A stretch of DNA of 64,000 nucleotides from Halarcobacter sp. (GTDB taxonomy: Bacteria > Campylobacterota > Campylobacteria > Campylobacterales > Arcobacteraceae). The position numbers and the translations under genes are program-made. Positions 1 through 9,496 of the stretch are shown here, in pieces. How positions within the stretch are numbered: position 1 is the stretch's first letter; each line of letters opens with the position of its first letter. The notes under the pieces were generated by a model. That model made no database searches. It was not told the origin of the DNA and saw only the letters and a program-made list of their open reading frames with translations. The stretch spans positions 1,344,001 to 1,408,000 of the forward strand of contig OY781089.1 in assembly GCA_963676565.1 (NCBI GenBank), read 5' to 3'.

Positions 1-180
1 TTTGTTTTGTTTTATAATAACTGCTCCAATTGACAAAATCTCATCTTTTTTGGGATTTAATCCTGTTGTCTCGCAATCTAGGCAAACATACTCATCAACA
101 GGTGGCTCATCAAAAAGATAAAGATATCTTTCATCTTTTAGATTTCTAAGACGCCATTTGTTCATTAATTTCTTTAACAT
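1..180 (-). CDS. DEDD 3'-5' exonuclease (DnaQ/Pol III epsilon-like), 5' part; runs off the window edge
   Basis: Manual translation from ATG at 180: MLKKLMNKWRLRNLKDERYLYLFDEPPVDEYVCLDCETTGLNPKKDEILSIGAVII; ExoI motif DxETTG; TAATG overlap with the upstream gene. Confidence 0.85.
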   Translation of the reverse strand, partial: MLKKLMNKWRLRNLKDERYLYLFDEPPVDEYVCLDCETTGLNPKKDEILSIGAVIIKQNK

Positions 181-2000
181 TATGAAATCTTATCTATTTT
201 AAATGTGTAAGTTATAAATTTTTTAAAATCATTAACAATTTTAAAACTATCTTTTAGCAAATCCCTTTCAATTTTACCAAGTTTATGGGTATCTATTTCA
301 TTATTTATTTTTTGATTATCTTGAGCTTTTTGTAAATGGGCTTTAAGTCTTAATGTATTTAATACATCAAAAGCTTCCAGTAGTTCATTTGCCATTTCAG
401 ATTCTAAGATTTTCTTTTGTTCAAGTATTCTTATTCTATTTGTTGTTCTTGTTTCTCTAATTCTTTCCCTTAAAGCTAAACTTCTAATCCCTTGTACTAC
501 AGGGAAAACACCAGTTTTTTTTATATCAATTTTATGGGATTTTGTCATAAAATTAGCAACTGTACTTGGGGTATCAAAGGTTAAGGTTGCCTTTGCAAAA
601 TATGCCATAAATACATCTTTATCATGAAGTTTATTAAACAAATCATCTTTTAGATTAATTAAAAGTTCTTTATCCCCTGCAACAGCAAAAGCATCAAAGA
701 AAATCGCTAAATCCATATAGTTTTGCATATCAGGATTTTCAATCCATTTTTTTGTTTCTGATTTATATTCACTAACAGTTTTACACCAAAATGGATTTGA
801 AACCATAATATTACCCGGACATGGAGGATAACCAAAGTCGATAAGTGACTCAGTCATTTGTTGCATAAAAGGTCTATATTGTTCAATATCAATACCATCT
901 TTTACAACCAAGGCATTGTCTTGGTCAGTTTTCATTATCTGTTCATTTCTTCCTTCACTTCCCATCACAATAAAACATGCACTTTTTTGAAGTTTTAGGG
1001 GAACAATAAACTTAAATAGTTTTTTATAAACTTTTGTGTTTAATTGACCAATTAAATTTGAAATATGATTAACTTTTACACCTTTTGCATTTAATGTTTT
1101 AATGGTATTTATAAATTCACTACTTGCTTCTTTTAACTCTTCAATTGTTTTTGCATTTTTTATTTTAGAATCAACCACATAAGTATGATTTGCAAAGTGT
1201 GATAAAACATCAATTTGCTCTAAAACACCTACCATTTGACAATCATTATCCACTACACCAACTCTTTTAATATTCTTTTTTATTAAAAGGGAAAATGCAT
1301 CAAATAAATAATCATCCTGATTTACAGCAAGCAATGGAAAAATAGCAATATCTTCGACGTGAATGTTCAAATCTCTTCCTTGAAGTAAAACTTTCACCTT
1401 TAAAAGTGAATCTGTAATAATTCCATATTCTCCATTTTGCTTTTTTACAATAATTGTTGAAGTATGGAACTGCATTGATTTCTCGATTGCATCAATTAGT
1501 TTTGTTCCCTCTTCAACTATACATGGAGGGTGTAATACTGTATCAGCAACCCTTGCAATCATAAACGAGGATAATTCAGAAGTATATTTCTTCTCTTTTA
1601 GAGTTTGAAGTTTATTTACAAGATTATTTAAAAAGAAGTTTTTAAAACCTTCATTTTCTTCAAGTAGTTCTAAAAAAGCTTTTTTCTCTATTTCATAACA
1701 AATTAAATCTTCATATACTTTAAAGTTATTTTTTGTTTTCCCATAAATCAATGAGTTTGCATCAAATGAGTCTTGTTGATGGAAATCTACTAAAATCTCT
1801 TCATTTTCATTGTATTCATGAACAATACCTTTGATAATAATAAAAAAATGTTCAGGGATTTTTTCTGGGGTAATTAAAATTTCATCTTTTGGATAATACG
1901 CTATATCCATGTGTTTTATGCATTTGTCCATTTGTTTTTCATTTAATAATTCAAATGGATGGATTTGAGATAAAAATTCTTTTTGGTCTCTAAGACTCAT
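180..2000 (-). CDS. cNMP-binding/CBS/DUF294 putative nucleotidyltransferase
   Basis: N-terminal cNMP-like domain, CBS pair, NTase motif GSEGRNEQIMKTDQDNAL, DUF294 motifs CPGNIMVSNPFW and IDIKKTG. Confidence 0.9.
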   Translation of the reverse strand: MSLRDQKEFLSQIHPFELLNEKQMDKCIKHMDIAYYPKDEILITPEKIPEHFFIIIKGIVHEYNENEEILVDFHQQDSFDANSLIYGKTKNNFKVYEDLICYEIEKKAFLELLEENEGFKNFFLNNLVNKLQTLKEKKYTSELSSFMIARVADTVLHPPCIVEEGTKLIDAIEKSMQFHTSTIIVKKQNGEYGIITDSLLKVKVLLQGRDLNIHVEDIAIFPLLAVNQDDYLFDAFSLLIKKNIKRVGVVDNDCQMVGVLEQIDVLSHFANHTYVVDSKIKNAKTIEELKEASSEFINTIKTLNAKGVKVNHISNLIGQLNTKVYKKLFKFIVPLKLQKSACFIVMGSEGRNEQIMKTDQDNALVVKDGIDIEQYRPFMQQMTESLIDFGYPPCPGNIMVSNPFWCKTVSEYKSETKKWIENPDMQNYMDLAIFFDAFAVAGDKELLINLKDDLFNKLHDKDVFMAYFAKATLTFDTPSTVANFMTKSHKIDIKKTGVFPVVQGIRSLALRERIRETRTTNRIRILEQKKILESEMANELLEAFDVLNTLRLKAHLQKAQDNQKINNEIDTHKLGKIERDLLKDSFKIVNDFKKFITYTFKIDKIS

Positions 2001-2133
2001 TGATAATCCTTAGTATTTGTTAAATTAATTATAGTGAAAATATATATTAAAAAAGTATTAATTGGGAATGAAGCTTTAAATAAATTCATATATAAACCTT
2101 TTTTAAACAAAATGCTTATAAACAAATTTAGAT

Positions 2134-2164
2134 AAAAAAAAAGCCAACCCGAAGGTTGACTTTT
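2134..2164 (-). terminator. Intrinsic terminator after actP
   Basis: Minus strand AAAAGTCAACC-TTCG-GGTTGGC followed by T9. Confidence 0.85.
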
Positions 2165-2169
2165 ACTTT

Positions 2170-4047
2170 TTAGTGATCGTGTGCCTCACCAGCATTGTTA
2201 GGTAATCTAATAGATTCTACTAGATCTTGAATCTCTTGTGGAGGTTCAGGAGTCATTCTAGATACTACTAGTGCTACAATTAAGTGTAATATTGTACCTA
2301 CTGTACCAAATGATGCAGGAGCAATCCCTAGGAAGTAACCATCAGGAGTCCCACCACCCCAGATGAAGTACCACGCATAACCAACAGTTGATAAAAGACC
2401 AACAAGAATACCTGCAATTGCACCTTCTTTGTTCATTCTTTTGTCAAATACCCCAAGGATAATTGTTGGGAAGAATGCCGCCGCAGCAATACCGAATGCT
2501 AATGCAACAACTTGTGCAACGAAACCTGGAGGGTTGATACCTAAGTAACCAGCTACACAAATTGCAGCGATTGCTGAGATTCTTGCCCACATTAACTCAG
2601 TTTTCTCATTTAATGTAGATTTACCAGTTGCTTTGTCTTTAAATATTACTTGACCCATTAAGTCGTGTGAAATTGCTGAAGCAATTACAAGTAATAGACC
2701 TGCTGCTGTTGATAATGCTGCTGCAAGACCTCCAGCTGCGATGAATGCAATTACCCAGTTAGGTAAGTTTGCAATCTCTGGGTTTGCAAGTACCATAATA
2801 TCTCTATCAACATAAAGCTCATTTTCAATTTTTCCAGAATTTCCAGCTGGTTTACCATTCGTAGTCGCTCTCTCTCCGTTTGGTCCAACATTAGTTCCAT
2901 CAAATTGTGGTTTACCTTTTGCTCCATCAAATGCTGCACCTGGAGCATATTGAATTTTACCATCACCATTTCTATCTGTCCATGCTAATAATCCACCTTG
3001 TTCCCAAGTTTTGAACCATCCACCATTATTTGGTGTTCCGTCAGCATGTTTTAATTCACCAGAAACAAATGCTTTATATTCAACATTTTGTACATTCTTG
3101 ATTAAGTTTAATCTTGAGAATGCAGCAACTGAAGAAATAGTTGTATACATAATAGCAATGAATACTAATGCCCATCCAGCAGAACTTCTTGCATCTTGTA
3201 CAGTTGGAACTGTAAAGAATCTAACGATAACGTGTGGAAGACCAGCAGTACCAAGCATTAATGCAACAGTTAATAAGAACATATTTGTTAAGTTTCCTGG
3301 ATTAGTATATGCAGTAAATCCTAAATCAGTAACTGCGGTATCCAGTGCATGTAACAAGTAGGTTCCTTCTGGAATAACTTTAACTCCATCATGGAATGCA
3401 AATGAAGTTGTACCAAATAATCCTAATTGTGGTAAGAATGTATCAGTAACTTGTAATGAGATGAAAATTGCTGGAATCATATAAGCAAAAATCATAACAA
3501 CATATTGTGCTACCTGAGTATAAGTAATACCTTTCATACCACCAAGAACTGAGTAGAAGAATACAACAGCCATACCAATAAGTACACCTGTGTTTACATC
3601 AACTTGTAAGAATCTTGAGAATACGATACCAACCCCTCTCATTTGTCCAGCAACATATGTGAACGATACGAAAATAACTGAGACAACCGCAACAAGTCTT
3701 GCAGTATCTGAATAATATCTATCACCAACGAAATCAGGAACTGTAAATTTACCAAATTTTCTTAAGTATGGAGCTAATAACATAGCAAGTAGAACATATC
3801 CACCTGTCCATCCCATTAAGTAAGCACCACCTGATGATCCCTTAAATGAGATAATACCAGCAAGTGAAATAAATGATGCAGCTGACATCCAGTCTGCAGC
3901 AGTTGCCATACCATTAGCTACTGGGTGAACCCCACCACCAGCTACATAGAAATCTTTAGTAGATCCAGCTTTTGCCCAAAGTGCTATACCAATGTATACT
4001 GCAAAAGAAATACCTACGAATAAATAAATTAATGATTGTAATTCCAT
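2170..4047 (-). CDS. actP: Sodium:solute symporter, ActP-like (acetate/monocarboxylate permease)
   Basis: SSS motifs NGMATAADWMSAASF, GKFTVPDF, GTAGLPHVIVRFFTV, GGLAAALSTAAGLL; paired with a small membrane partner. Confidence 0.85.
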   Translation of the reverse strand: MELQSLIYLFVGISFAVYIGIALWAKAGSTKDFYVAGGGVHPVANGMATAADWMSAASFISLAGIISFKGSSGGAYLMGWTGGYVLLAMLLAPYLRKFGKFTVPDFVGDRYYSDTARLVAVVSVIFVSFTYVAGQMRGVGIVFSRFLQVDVNTGVLIGMAVVFFYSVLGGMKGITYTQVAQYVVMIFAYMIPAIFISLQVTDTFLPQLGLFGTTSFAFHDGVKVIPEGTYLLHALDTAVTDLGFTAYTNPGNLTNMFLLTVALMLGTAGLPHVIVRFFTVPTVQDARSSAGWALVFIAIMYTTISSVAAFSRLNLIKNVQNVEYKAFVSGELKHADGTPNNGGWFKTWEQGGLLAWTDRNGDGKIQYAPGAAFDGAKGKPQFDGTNVGPNGERATTNGKPAGNSGKIENELYVDRDIMVLANPEIANLPNWVIAFIAAGGLAAALSTAAGLLLVIASAISHDLMGQVIFKDKATGKSTLNEKTELMWARISAIAAICVAGYLGINPPGFVAQVVALAFGIAAAAFFPTIILGVFDKRMNKEGAIAGILVGLLSTVGYAWYFIWGGGTPDGYFLGIAPASFGTVGTILHLIVALVVSRMTPEPPQEIQDLVESIRLPNNAGEAHDH

Positions 4048-4059
4048 TCTTCTCCCCTT

Positions 4060-4314
4060 CTATTCGTGAACGCCGTATTTCTCATCAATACCGTTCATTA
4101 ATTTCACATAAATAAAAATTAATGCAACGAATACATAGATAGAACCTTGCTGTGCAAACCAGAAACCTAATTTAACACCACTAATTTCGATAGTATTTAA
4201 TTCATTAATGAATATAATACCGCACCCATACGAAACAACAAACCAAACTACTAATAGTTTAAGAATTGTTGAAATATTTTCTTTCCAATAAGCCTGAGCT
4301 TTTTCTGGACTCAT
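4060..4314 (-). CDS. DUF4212 small membrane protein (SSS accessory subunit)
   Basis: ATG at 4314 after AAGGAG; motifs AYWKEN and LGFWFAQQGSI; directly upstream of the symporter. Confidence 0.85.
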   Translation of the reverse strand: MSPEKAQAYWKENISTILKLLVVWFVVSYGCGIIFINELNTIEISGVKLGFWFAQQGSIYVFVALIFIYVKLMNGIDEKYGVHE

Positions 4315-4390
4315 ATAGTACTCCTTTTTTAAGTTCACTAAAAAGATTAATCTCTTTAGTCATTCAACATTGAAAGTTTAATAGCTTAAG

Positions 4391-4458
4391 GTTGCAAAAG
4401 CGTAGCAATGACATTTTTTTTACATAAATTTATTTGAAGAGTAGTATTAAAGTAGCAA
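4391..4458. promoter_or_regulatory. Tandem GTWGCAA direct repeats, putative response-regulator sites for the DUF4212-actP promoter
   Basis: GTTGCAA(4391)/GTAGCAA(4402) and GTAGTA(4441)/GTAGCAA(4452), each pair 11 bp apart. Confidence 0.5.
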
Positions 4459-4491
4459 ATAAGCTCTAGACGAGCCTATTTAAGGGATTTT

Positions 4492-5154
4492 TTAAGCTGA
4501 ATAAAATCTGTCAATTTTATACCCAAGACCTCTAATATTTTTAATAAAGTCTTCTTTTAATGCTTTTTTTAGTCTTGAAATTTCAGCTCTTATAGTAGGA
4601 TTGTCAATATTCTCACCTCTCCAGATGTCAATTCTAAATCTTTCGAAGTCAACAATCATGTTTATATTAAGTGCTAAAATATGAATAATTTCAAGTTGTT
4701 TTTTTGTTAATGTTTGTGGTTCACCATTAAAATATAGTGTTTGTTTATCTTTTGAATATGAATAGTTCTCTGAAAATCTTATATGAGAAGTGTTACTTTG
4801 GTCTTTTTTAAGTATTTGATTAATTTTAATACCAAGTTCTTCTAAATGGAAAGGTTTTTTGATATATTCTCTACAACCTAAGTCGTAAGCTCTTGTAATA
4901 TCTTCTATATCATTTAAAGCTGTTATATAAATAGTTGGAATATAAATTTTCTTTTCATTCAATTCTTGAAGTATTTCAAAACCATCTTTTTTTGGAACGT
5001 TAATATCAAGTATAAGTAGATCAAAACTCATATCAACTGTATTAACAACATCTTCACCATCTGTGAAACTTTCTACCATATGCCCAATATCTTTCAGATA
5101 TTCTGAAATTGCATTATTAAGCATTAATTCATCTTCAAGAAGTAATATCTTCAT
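4492..5154 (-). CDS. OmpR-family response regulator
   Basis: Receiver (LLEDE, LDINVP, KKPF) plus winged-helix end (ISRLKK, NIRGLGY). Confidence 0.93.
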   Translation of the reverse strand: MKILLLEDELMLNNAISEYLKDIGHMVESFTDGEDVVNTVDMSFDLLILDINVPKKDGFEILQELNEKKIYIPTIYITALNDIEDITRAYDLGCREYIKKPFHLEELGIKINQILKKDQSNTSHIRFSENYSYSKDKQTLYFNGEPQTLTKKQLEIIHILALNINMIVDFERFRIDIWRGENIDNPTIRAEISRLKKALKEDFIKNIRGLGYKIDRFYSA

Positions 5155-6718
5155 TTATTTTAAACCTATAAGTGAATTTTGTATATTTATCGTTAGAATC
5201 CAAGTTAATTATAACTAAATTCTTATCACAAATCTCTTTTACAATTCTTAAGCCTAATCCAAAGCCACCTCTAGAATTGTTTTCCCTATAAAAATCATCA
5301 AAAATCATATCTATTGATTCAATTTTATCTGAATTTGTTTTTACACTAAACTCTACACAGTCATCATTAAAGTATGTTAGTCTTATATATATTGCTGATT
5401 TAGCATATGAATATTTTATAGAGTTTGAAATATTATTATCAACTATTCTTTGTAGTTCTGTTTTATTAAATTTAATATAAATATCTTCATCAATATTATT
5501 AATAAACTCCAAGTCATTTGCTGTTGCGATTCCATCAAAAAAGTTTAATCTTTCTTCTAAGTATTCAGAAAAGTTTATATACTCTTTTGGGTAATCTACT
5601 CTATCCTTTTTGATTAAGTATGACAAGTCATCGTAAATATATTGAATAATTTTTGCACCACTTTCGATATTTGAAATATATTTATTATCTGGGGTATGCC
5701 TTTTAAGAAGATCAATATTTGTTCTTATAATTGCAAGTGGAGTGTTTACTTCATGCACTGAGTTTTTTAAAAACTTTTTTTGTGATTCAATTAAGTATGT
5801 TAGTTCTTTTGTTTGGTGTTCAACTGTTTCTTGAAGATTTTTATTTAAATCTTCTAACATATGTGTTTTATCTTTGATATTATGCATTGCATCATAGGCA
5901 TAGTTTGCAATTACTTTAAACTCACCAAAGATAAGTCTATCTTGATTTATTCTAGTATCATCTGTTTGTGTCTCTTTAAAATACTTTCCTATTTCTTTTA
6001 CATCATTTACAATTAAAAGTGTTGCATTTTTATAAATAAATATAGAATATAAAACTAACATTATTGTTAAAGATAAAATTTGTAAAACATAATTTGAAAT
6101 TTTTTCATCATATTCTATTTTCTTTTGTTTAACAATCTCTTCAATTTCATCTAGATAAATACCAGTACCTATTGTCCAATTCCAAGGTTTATAAGAAAGG
6201 GCATATGATATTTTTAGGGCATCATCTTTAATTATTGGTTTATACCATATATATTGTACAAATCCACCTTCTTCTTTTTGTGATACCTCAATTATTTCTT
6301 TGATAACTTTTTTACCAGAGGGGTCTGTAAATTCATATAGGTTTTGACCAATTTTTGCATTTGCTATTGGGTAGTAAAGTAGTGTACCCTCAAAATCATA
6401 TACAAAAATGTAATCATCTACATCTTTTGTGTCTCTCATTAATTCTATTGCATTTAATAAATCACTTTTAATCTCTTCTTCTGGTTTTATGTCTTTAAAT
6501 TTCTTATGGTAGTATTCTATAAACTTGAGTGTTTTTTTAATATCTTCTTTTATAAGTTCTTTTTTCTTACTTGCATGGTCAGTTTTTATAATTTCAATTT
6601 TTTCTTGAAACTCATCAAAGGCATTTTCAATAATAATAAAAGTAAAAGAAGAGGTTAGTATTATAATAAAAATAATACTATATAAAATCAAGTGATATAA
6701 CGATTTAGCCTTAATCAT
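5135..6718 (-). CDS. Cache-domain sensor histidine kinase
   Basis: Two TMs around a Cache domain (DYIFVYD...YIWYKP...WNWTIGTGIY); H-box HEVNTPL; N-box NNISNSIKY; GFGLGL. Confidence 0.92.
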   Translation of the reverse strand: MIKAKSLYHLILYSIIFIIILTSSFTFIIIENAFDEFQEKIEIIKTDHASKKKELIKEDIKKTLKFIEYYHKKFKDIKPEEEIKSDLLNAIELMRDTKDVDDYIFVYDFEGTLLYYPIANAKIGQNLYEFTDPSGKKVIKEIIEVSQKEEGGFVQYIWYKPIIKDDALKISYALSYKPWNWTIGTGIYLDEIEEIVKQKKIEYDEKISNYVLQILSLTIMLVLYSIFIYKNATLLIVNDVKEIGKYFKETQTDDTRINQDRLIFGEFKVIANYAYDAMHNIKDKTHMLEDLNKNLQETVEHQTKELTYLIESQKKFLKNSVHEVNTPLAIIRTNIDLLKRHTPDNKYISNIESGAKIIQYIYDDLSYLIKKDRVDYPKEYINFSEYLEERLNFFDGIATANDLEFINNIDEDIYIKFNKTELQRIVDNNISNSIKYSYAKSAIYIRLTYFNDDCVEFSVKTNSDKIESIDMIFDDFYRENNSRGGFGLGLRIVKEICDKNLVIINLDSNDKYTKFTYRFKINEDITS

Positions 6719-6808
6719 AATTGCAACGCCCTAATTAATAATTAAATTAGCTTAACAAAATATAAATAAAAAACATATAAATTAAAGGGGAAAATAAATA
6801 AAAGTAAA

Positions 6809-6885
6809 TGGCGCGGTTGACGAGACTCGAACTCGCGACCTCCTGCGTGACAGGCAGGCATTCTAACCAACTAAACTACAACCGC
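6809..6885 (-). tRNA. tRNA-Asp(GTC)
   Basis: GCGGTTG...CCTGC CTGTCAC GCAGG...TTCGAG...CCA. Confidence 0.97.
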
Positions 6886-6901
6886 AACATTTTTAAATTG
6901 A

Positions 6902-6977
6902 TGGTGGTCGATATAAGACTCGAACTTATGACATCTACCTTGTAAGGGTAGCGCTCTACCAACTGAGCTAATCGACC
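6902..6977 (-). tRNA. tRNA-Val(TAC)
   Basis: Anticodon arm CTACC CTTACAA GGTAG; CCA end. Confidence 0.97.
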
Positions 6978-6978
6978 A

Positions 6979-7054
6979 TGGTGACCCGTGAAGGATTCGA
7001 ACCTTCGGCCACCTCCTTAAAAGGGAGATGCTCTACCAGCTGAGCTAACGGGTC
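6979..7054 (-). tRNA. tRNA-Lys(TTT)
   Basis: Anticodon arm CTCC CTTTTAA GGAG; CCA end. Confidence 0.97.
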
Positions 7055-7078
7055 GCTCATGAAATAAGTGTATAAAAG

Positions 7079-7155
7079 TGGCGCGGTTGACGAGACTCGA
7101 ACTCGCGACCTCCTGCGTGACAGGCAGGCATTCTAACCAACTAAACTACAACCGC
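7079..7155 (-). tRNA. tRNA-Asp(GTC)
   Basis: Identical to 6809-6885. Confidence 0.97.
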
Positions 7156-7169
7156 ACACTTATACATAT

Positions 7170-7244
7170 TGGTGACCCCTAGGAGACTCGAACTCCTGTG
7201 GCATGGATGAAAACCATGAATCCTAACCGCTAGATGAAGGGGCC
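7170..7244 (-). tRNA. tRNA-Glu(TTC)
   Basis: Anticodon arm CATGG TTTTCAT CCATG; CCA end. Confidence 0.97.
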
Positions 7245-7272
7245 AATATTATTAACAATAAACTTTAGTAAA

Positions 7273-7348
7273 TGGTGGTCGATATAAGACTCGAACTTAT
7301 GACATCTACCTTGTAAGGGTAGCGCTCTACCAACTGAGCTAATCGACC
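7273..7348 (-). tRNA. tRNA-Val(TAC)
   Basis: Identical to 6902-6977. Confidence 0.97.
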
Positions 7349-7357
7349 TTTATATGA

Positions 7358-7432
7358 TGGTGACCCCTAGGAGACTCGAACTCCTGTGGCATGGATGAAA
7401 ACCATGAATCCTAACCGCTAGATGAAGGGGCC
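7358..7432 (-). tRNA. tRNA-Glu(TTC)
   Basis: Identical to 7170-7244. Confidence 0.97.
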
Positions 7433-7449
7433 AATATCAATATAAAAAA

Positions 7450-7525
7450 TGGTGACCCGTGAAGGATTCGAACCTTCGGCCACCTCCTTAAAAGGGAGAT
7501 GCTCTACCAGCTGAGCTAACGGGTC
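7450..7525 (-). tRNA. tRNA-Lys(TTT)
   Basis: Identical to 6979-7054. Confidence 0.97.
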
Positions 7526-7563
7526 GCTCTAAAATTTAACTGCTTTAGTTAAATTGGAGTGGA

Positions 7564-7592
7564 AGTATACTGATTTATTTTTTATTTGTCAA
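7564..7592 (-). promoter_or_regulatory. Sigma70 promoter of the tRNA operon
   Basis: Minus strand TTGACA (7592-7587), 17-nt spacer, TATACT (7569-7564). Confidence 0.85.
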
Positions 7593-8091
7593 GGGTTTTT
7601 TGAAAAAATTTTAAAATTTTTTTCAAAGAGTATTTTGCGCTTTGATTTTGCACCTCTTTTCTACTTCCTTCAAAGTGGCAAACTTCAATATTTTTTATTA
7701 GATTTTCATCACATACACCAATTACAACAGTACCAACTGGTTTATCTTTTGTTCCCCCATTTGGACCTGCAATTCCACTTATAGCTATTGCATAACTAGC
7801 ATCAAATTTTTTTATTACACCCTCTAACATTTCATCTACAACTTCAATACTAACTGCTCCATGCTCTTCTAAAGTAGATTCTTTAACATTTAACTCTTGT
7901 GATTTTATTTTATTTGAATAACTAACTATTGCGCCATTAAAAATATCAGAAGAACCAGAGACTTCTGTAATCATTGAGGCAACTAATCCACCTGTACAGC
8001 TTTCTGCAGTTGTTATAGTCTTTTTATTGTCTCTTAGAAGGTTTTGTAGTAATAGAAGTTCTTTTTGTGTAATAAATTGAGATTCCTGCAT
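7582..8091 (-). CDS. CinA C-terminal family protein (PncC-like NMN deamidase)
   Basis: TAESCTGG, GAVS, SGIAGPNGG, KPVGTV motifs. Confidence 0.92.
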   Translation of the reverse strand: MQESQFITQKELLLLQNLLRDNKKTITTAESCTGGLVASMITEVSGSSDIFNGAIVSYSNKIKSQELNVKESTLEEHGAVSIEVVDEMLEGVIKKFDASYAIAISGIAGPNGGTKDKPVGTVVIGVCDENLIKNIEVCHFEGSRKEVQNQSAKYSLKKILKFFQKTLDK

Positions 8092-8107
8092 TTATACTCT
8101 TTATATA

Positions 8108-8133
8108 ATGTATAAGGAAGATTCCTTATACAT
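8108..8133. terminator. Hairpin after mqo (probable terminator)
   Basis: ATGTATAAGGAA-GA-TTCCTTATACAT inverted repeat. Confidence 0.6.
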
Positions 8134-8137
8134 ATTA

Positions 8138-9496
8138 TTATTGTTCGTCGTCTGTTAATTCTTCTTTAAATCTTTTTTCATCAAATGATAAATTTAAATG
8201 TTTACAAACGTGTTTAATATCTCTTTCTGCATTTCCTAAACATGATGTTGCTCCTGGAGATGGTGTCATATTAAATAAAATTCCATCACCTGGATTAATT
8301 GAAGCCTCTCCAAGCATTAGTTTTTGTTCATCTTTATTAAGAACTTGTGGTCTAACTCCTCCAAATCCTTTTGCATATTCAATATCATCTACACTTAGAG
8401 ATGGAACAATTTTTCTAGCATCTTTTACAAATAGTTTTTTGTTTATTCCTGGAACTTCAAATAAGAAGTTTCTAAATACATAGTTTCTAATATCAGAGTC
8501 TTTTAATAAGTCCCAGAAAATTTTAATTGTATTTCCATCAATATTCATTGTTTTTAAACATTGACCAAGTGATTTGAAAATACCTTTATATCTTTCAAGA
8601 ACTAATAAAGCTAAAGCTGTAGGTCCAAATCTAGTTTTTCCATCACAAAGAATATCTGGATCACCATGTAATGCAGCAAATGGTAATTTTGGGTTTTGTA
8701 CCATATATACTTTACCATTTAAGAATTCACCACTAGTAATATAAAACGATCCAGCCATAGATAAAGATCCCATATGTTTACCATAACCCATTTTATGAGC
8801 TAAGTATAATGAGTGAGCTCCTGCATTTACAACAACAAAATCGGCAGTGAATACAGAACCACTTGTAGTTGTTAATTTGAACATACCATTAACTCTTTCT
8901 ATCTCTTCTACTTCTGCATTATAAAAAATGTCAGTTTTTGTTTCTTCTTCTTGAGCAGCTTTTGCTAACTCTTTTGTCATAGCACCAAAATCAACTGTTG
9001 TATATTCACTTTGTGTTCCCATTGCGATGATTGGTTCAGGTCTATCTTTTGTTTGCTCTTTATTGGCATAAACAAGTTTTGGTTCAAGTTCTCTTAATTT
9101 CTCTTTGTCCCATAACTCTAAATAAGGGAAAAGTTCTTTAAATTCTTCATACCTATTTTTAATGAATTCAACTTCTTTCTCCCCAACACCTAATGCCATT
9201 TTTTGATGAGCAAACATAATTTTATCTTGTAACCCTCTCATTAAGTTAAACTTAACAATCATATTTGCAGTTCTTTTTGTAATTTTTGCTTTGTCAAGTG
9301 TATAGTTAGTCTCAATGTCACCAACGTGAATTGTTTGAGAATTACTAGTCCCTTTTGAATTCAAAGTTGCTAAATCTTCATATTTTTCTAACATACAAAT
9401 ACTTTTTGCATCTGTATATCTTGCTAGTTCATAGAATAAAGCAGCACCTGAAATACCACCACCTACAATAACTACTTCATAATGTTTAGTATCCAT
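8138..9496 (-). CDS. mqo: Malate:quinone oxidoreductase, epsilon type
   Basis: FAD motif VGGGISG; NSQTIHVGDIETNYT; LPFAALHGDPD; MTPSPGATSCLGNA. Confidence 0.88.
   Translation of the reverse strand: MDTKHYEVVIVGGGISGAALFYELARYTDAKSICMLEKYEDLATLNSKGTSNSQTIHVGDIETNYTLDKAKITKRTANMIVKFNLMRGLQDKIMFAHQKMALGVGEKEVEFIKNRYEEFKELFPYLELWDKEKLRELEPKLVYANKEQTKDRPEPIIAMGTQSEYTTVDFGAMTKELAKAAQEEETKTDIFYNAEVEEIERVNGMFKLTTTSGSVFTADFVVVNAGAHSLYLAHKMGYGKHMGSLSMAGSFYITSGEFLNGKVYMVQNPKLPFAALHGDPDILCDGKTRFGPTALALLVLERYKGIFKSLGQCLKTMNIDGNTIKIFWDLLKDSDIRNYVFRNFLFEVPGINKKLFVKDARKIVPSLSVDDIEYAKGFGGVRPQVLNKDEQKLMLGEASINPGDGILFNMTPSPGATSCLGNAERDIKHVCKHLNLSFDEKRFKEELTDDEQ

Noticed and set aside
3011..3361. Short antisense or alternate-frame ORFs here and elsewhere (e.g. 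13196-13600, 24146-24508, 34037-34534, 53427-53858)
   Set aside because: Shadow frames of well-supported genes with no recognisable motifs
6720..6808. Integrated element or att site at the tRNA 3' end
   Set aside because: No integrase and no partial tRNA duplicate seen in the window
6809..7525. Repeated ~76-nt units as a CRISPR array or repeat element
   Set aside because: Each folds as a tRNA with anticodon and CCA; no cas genes
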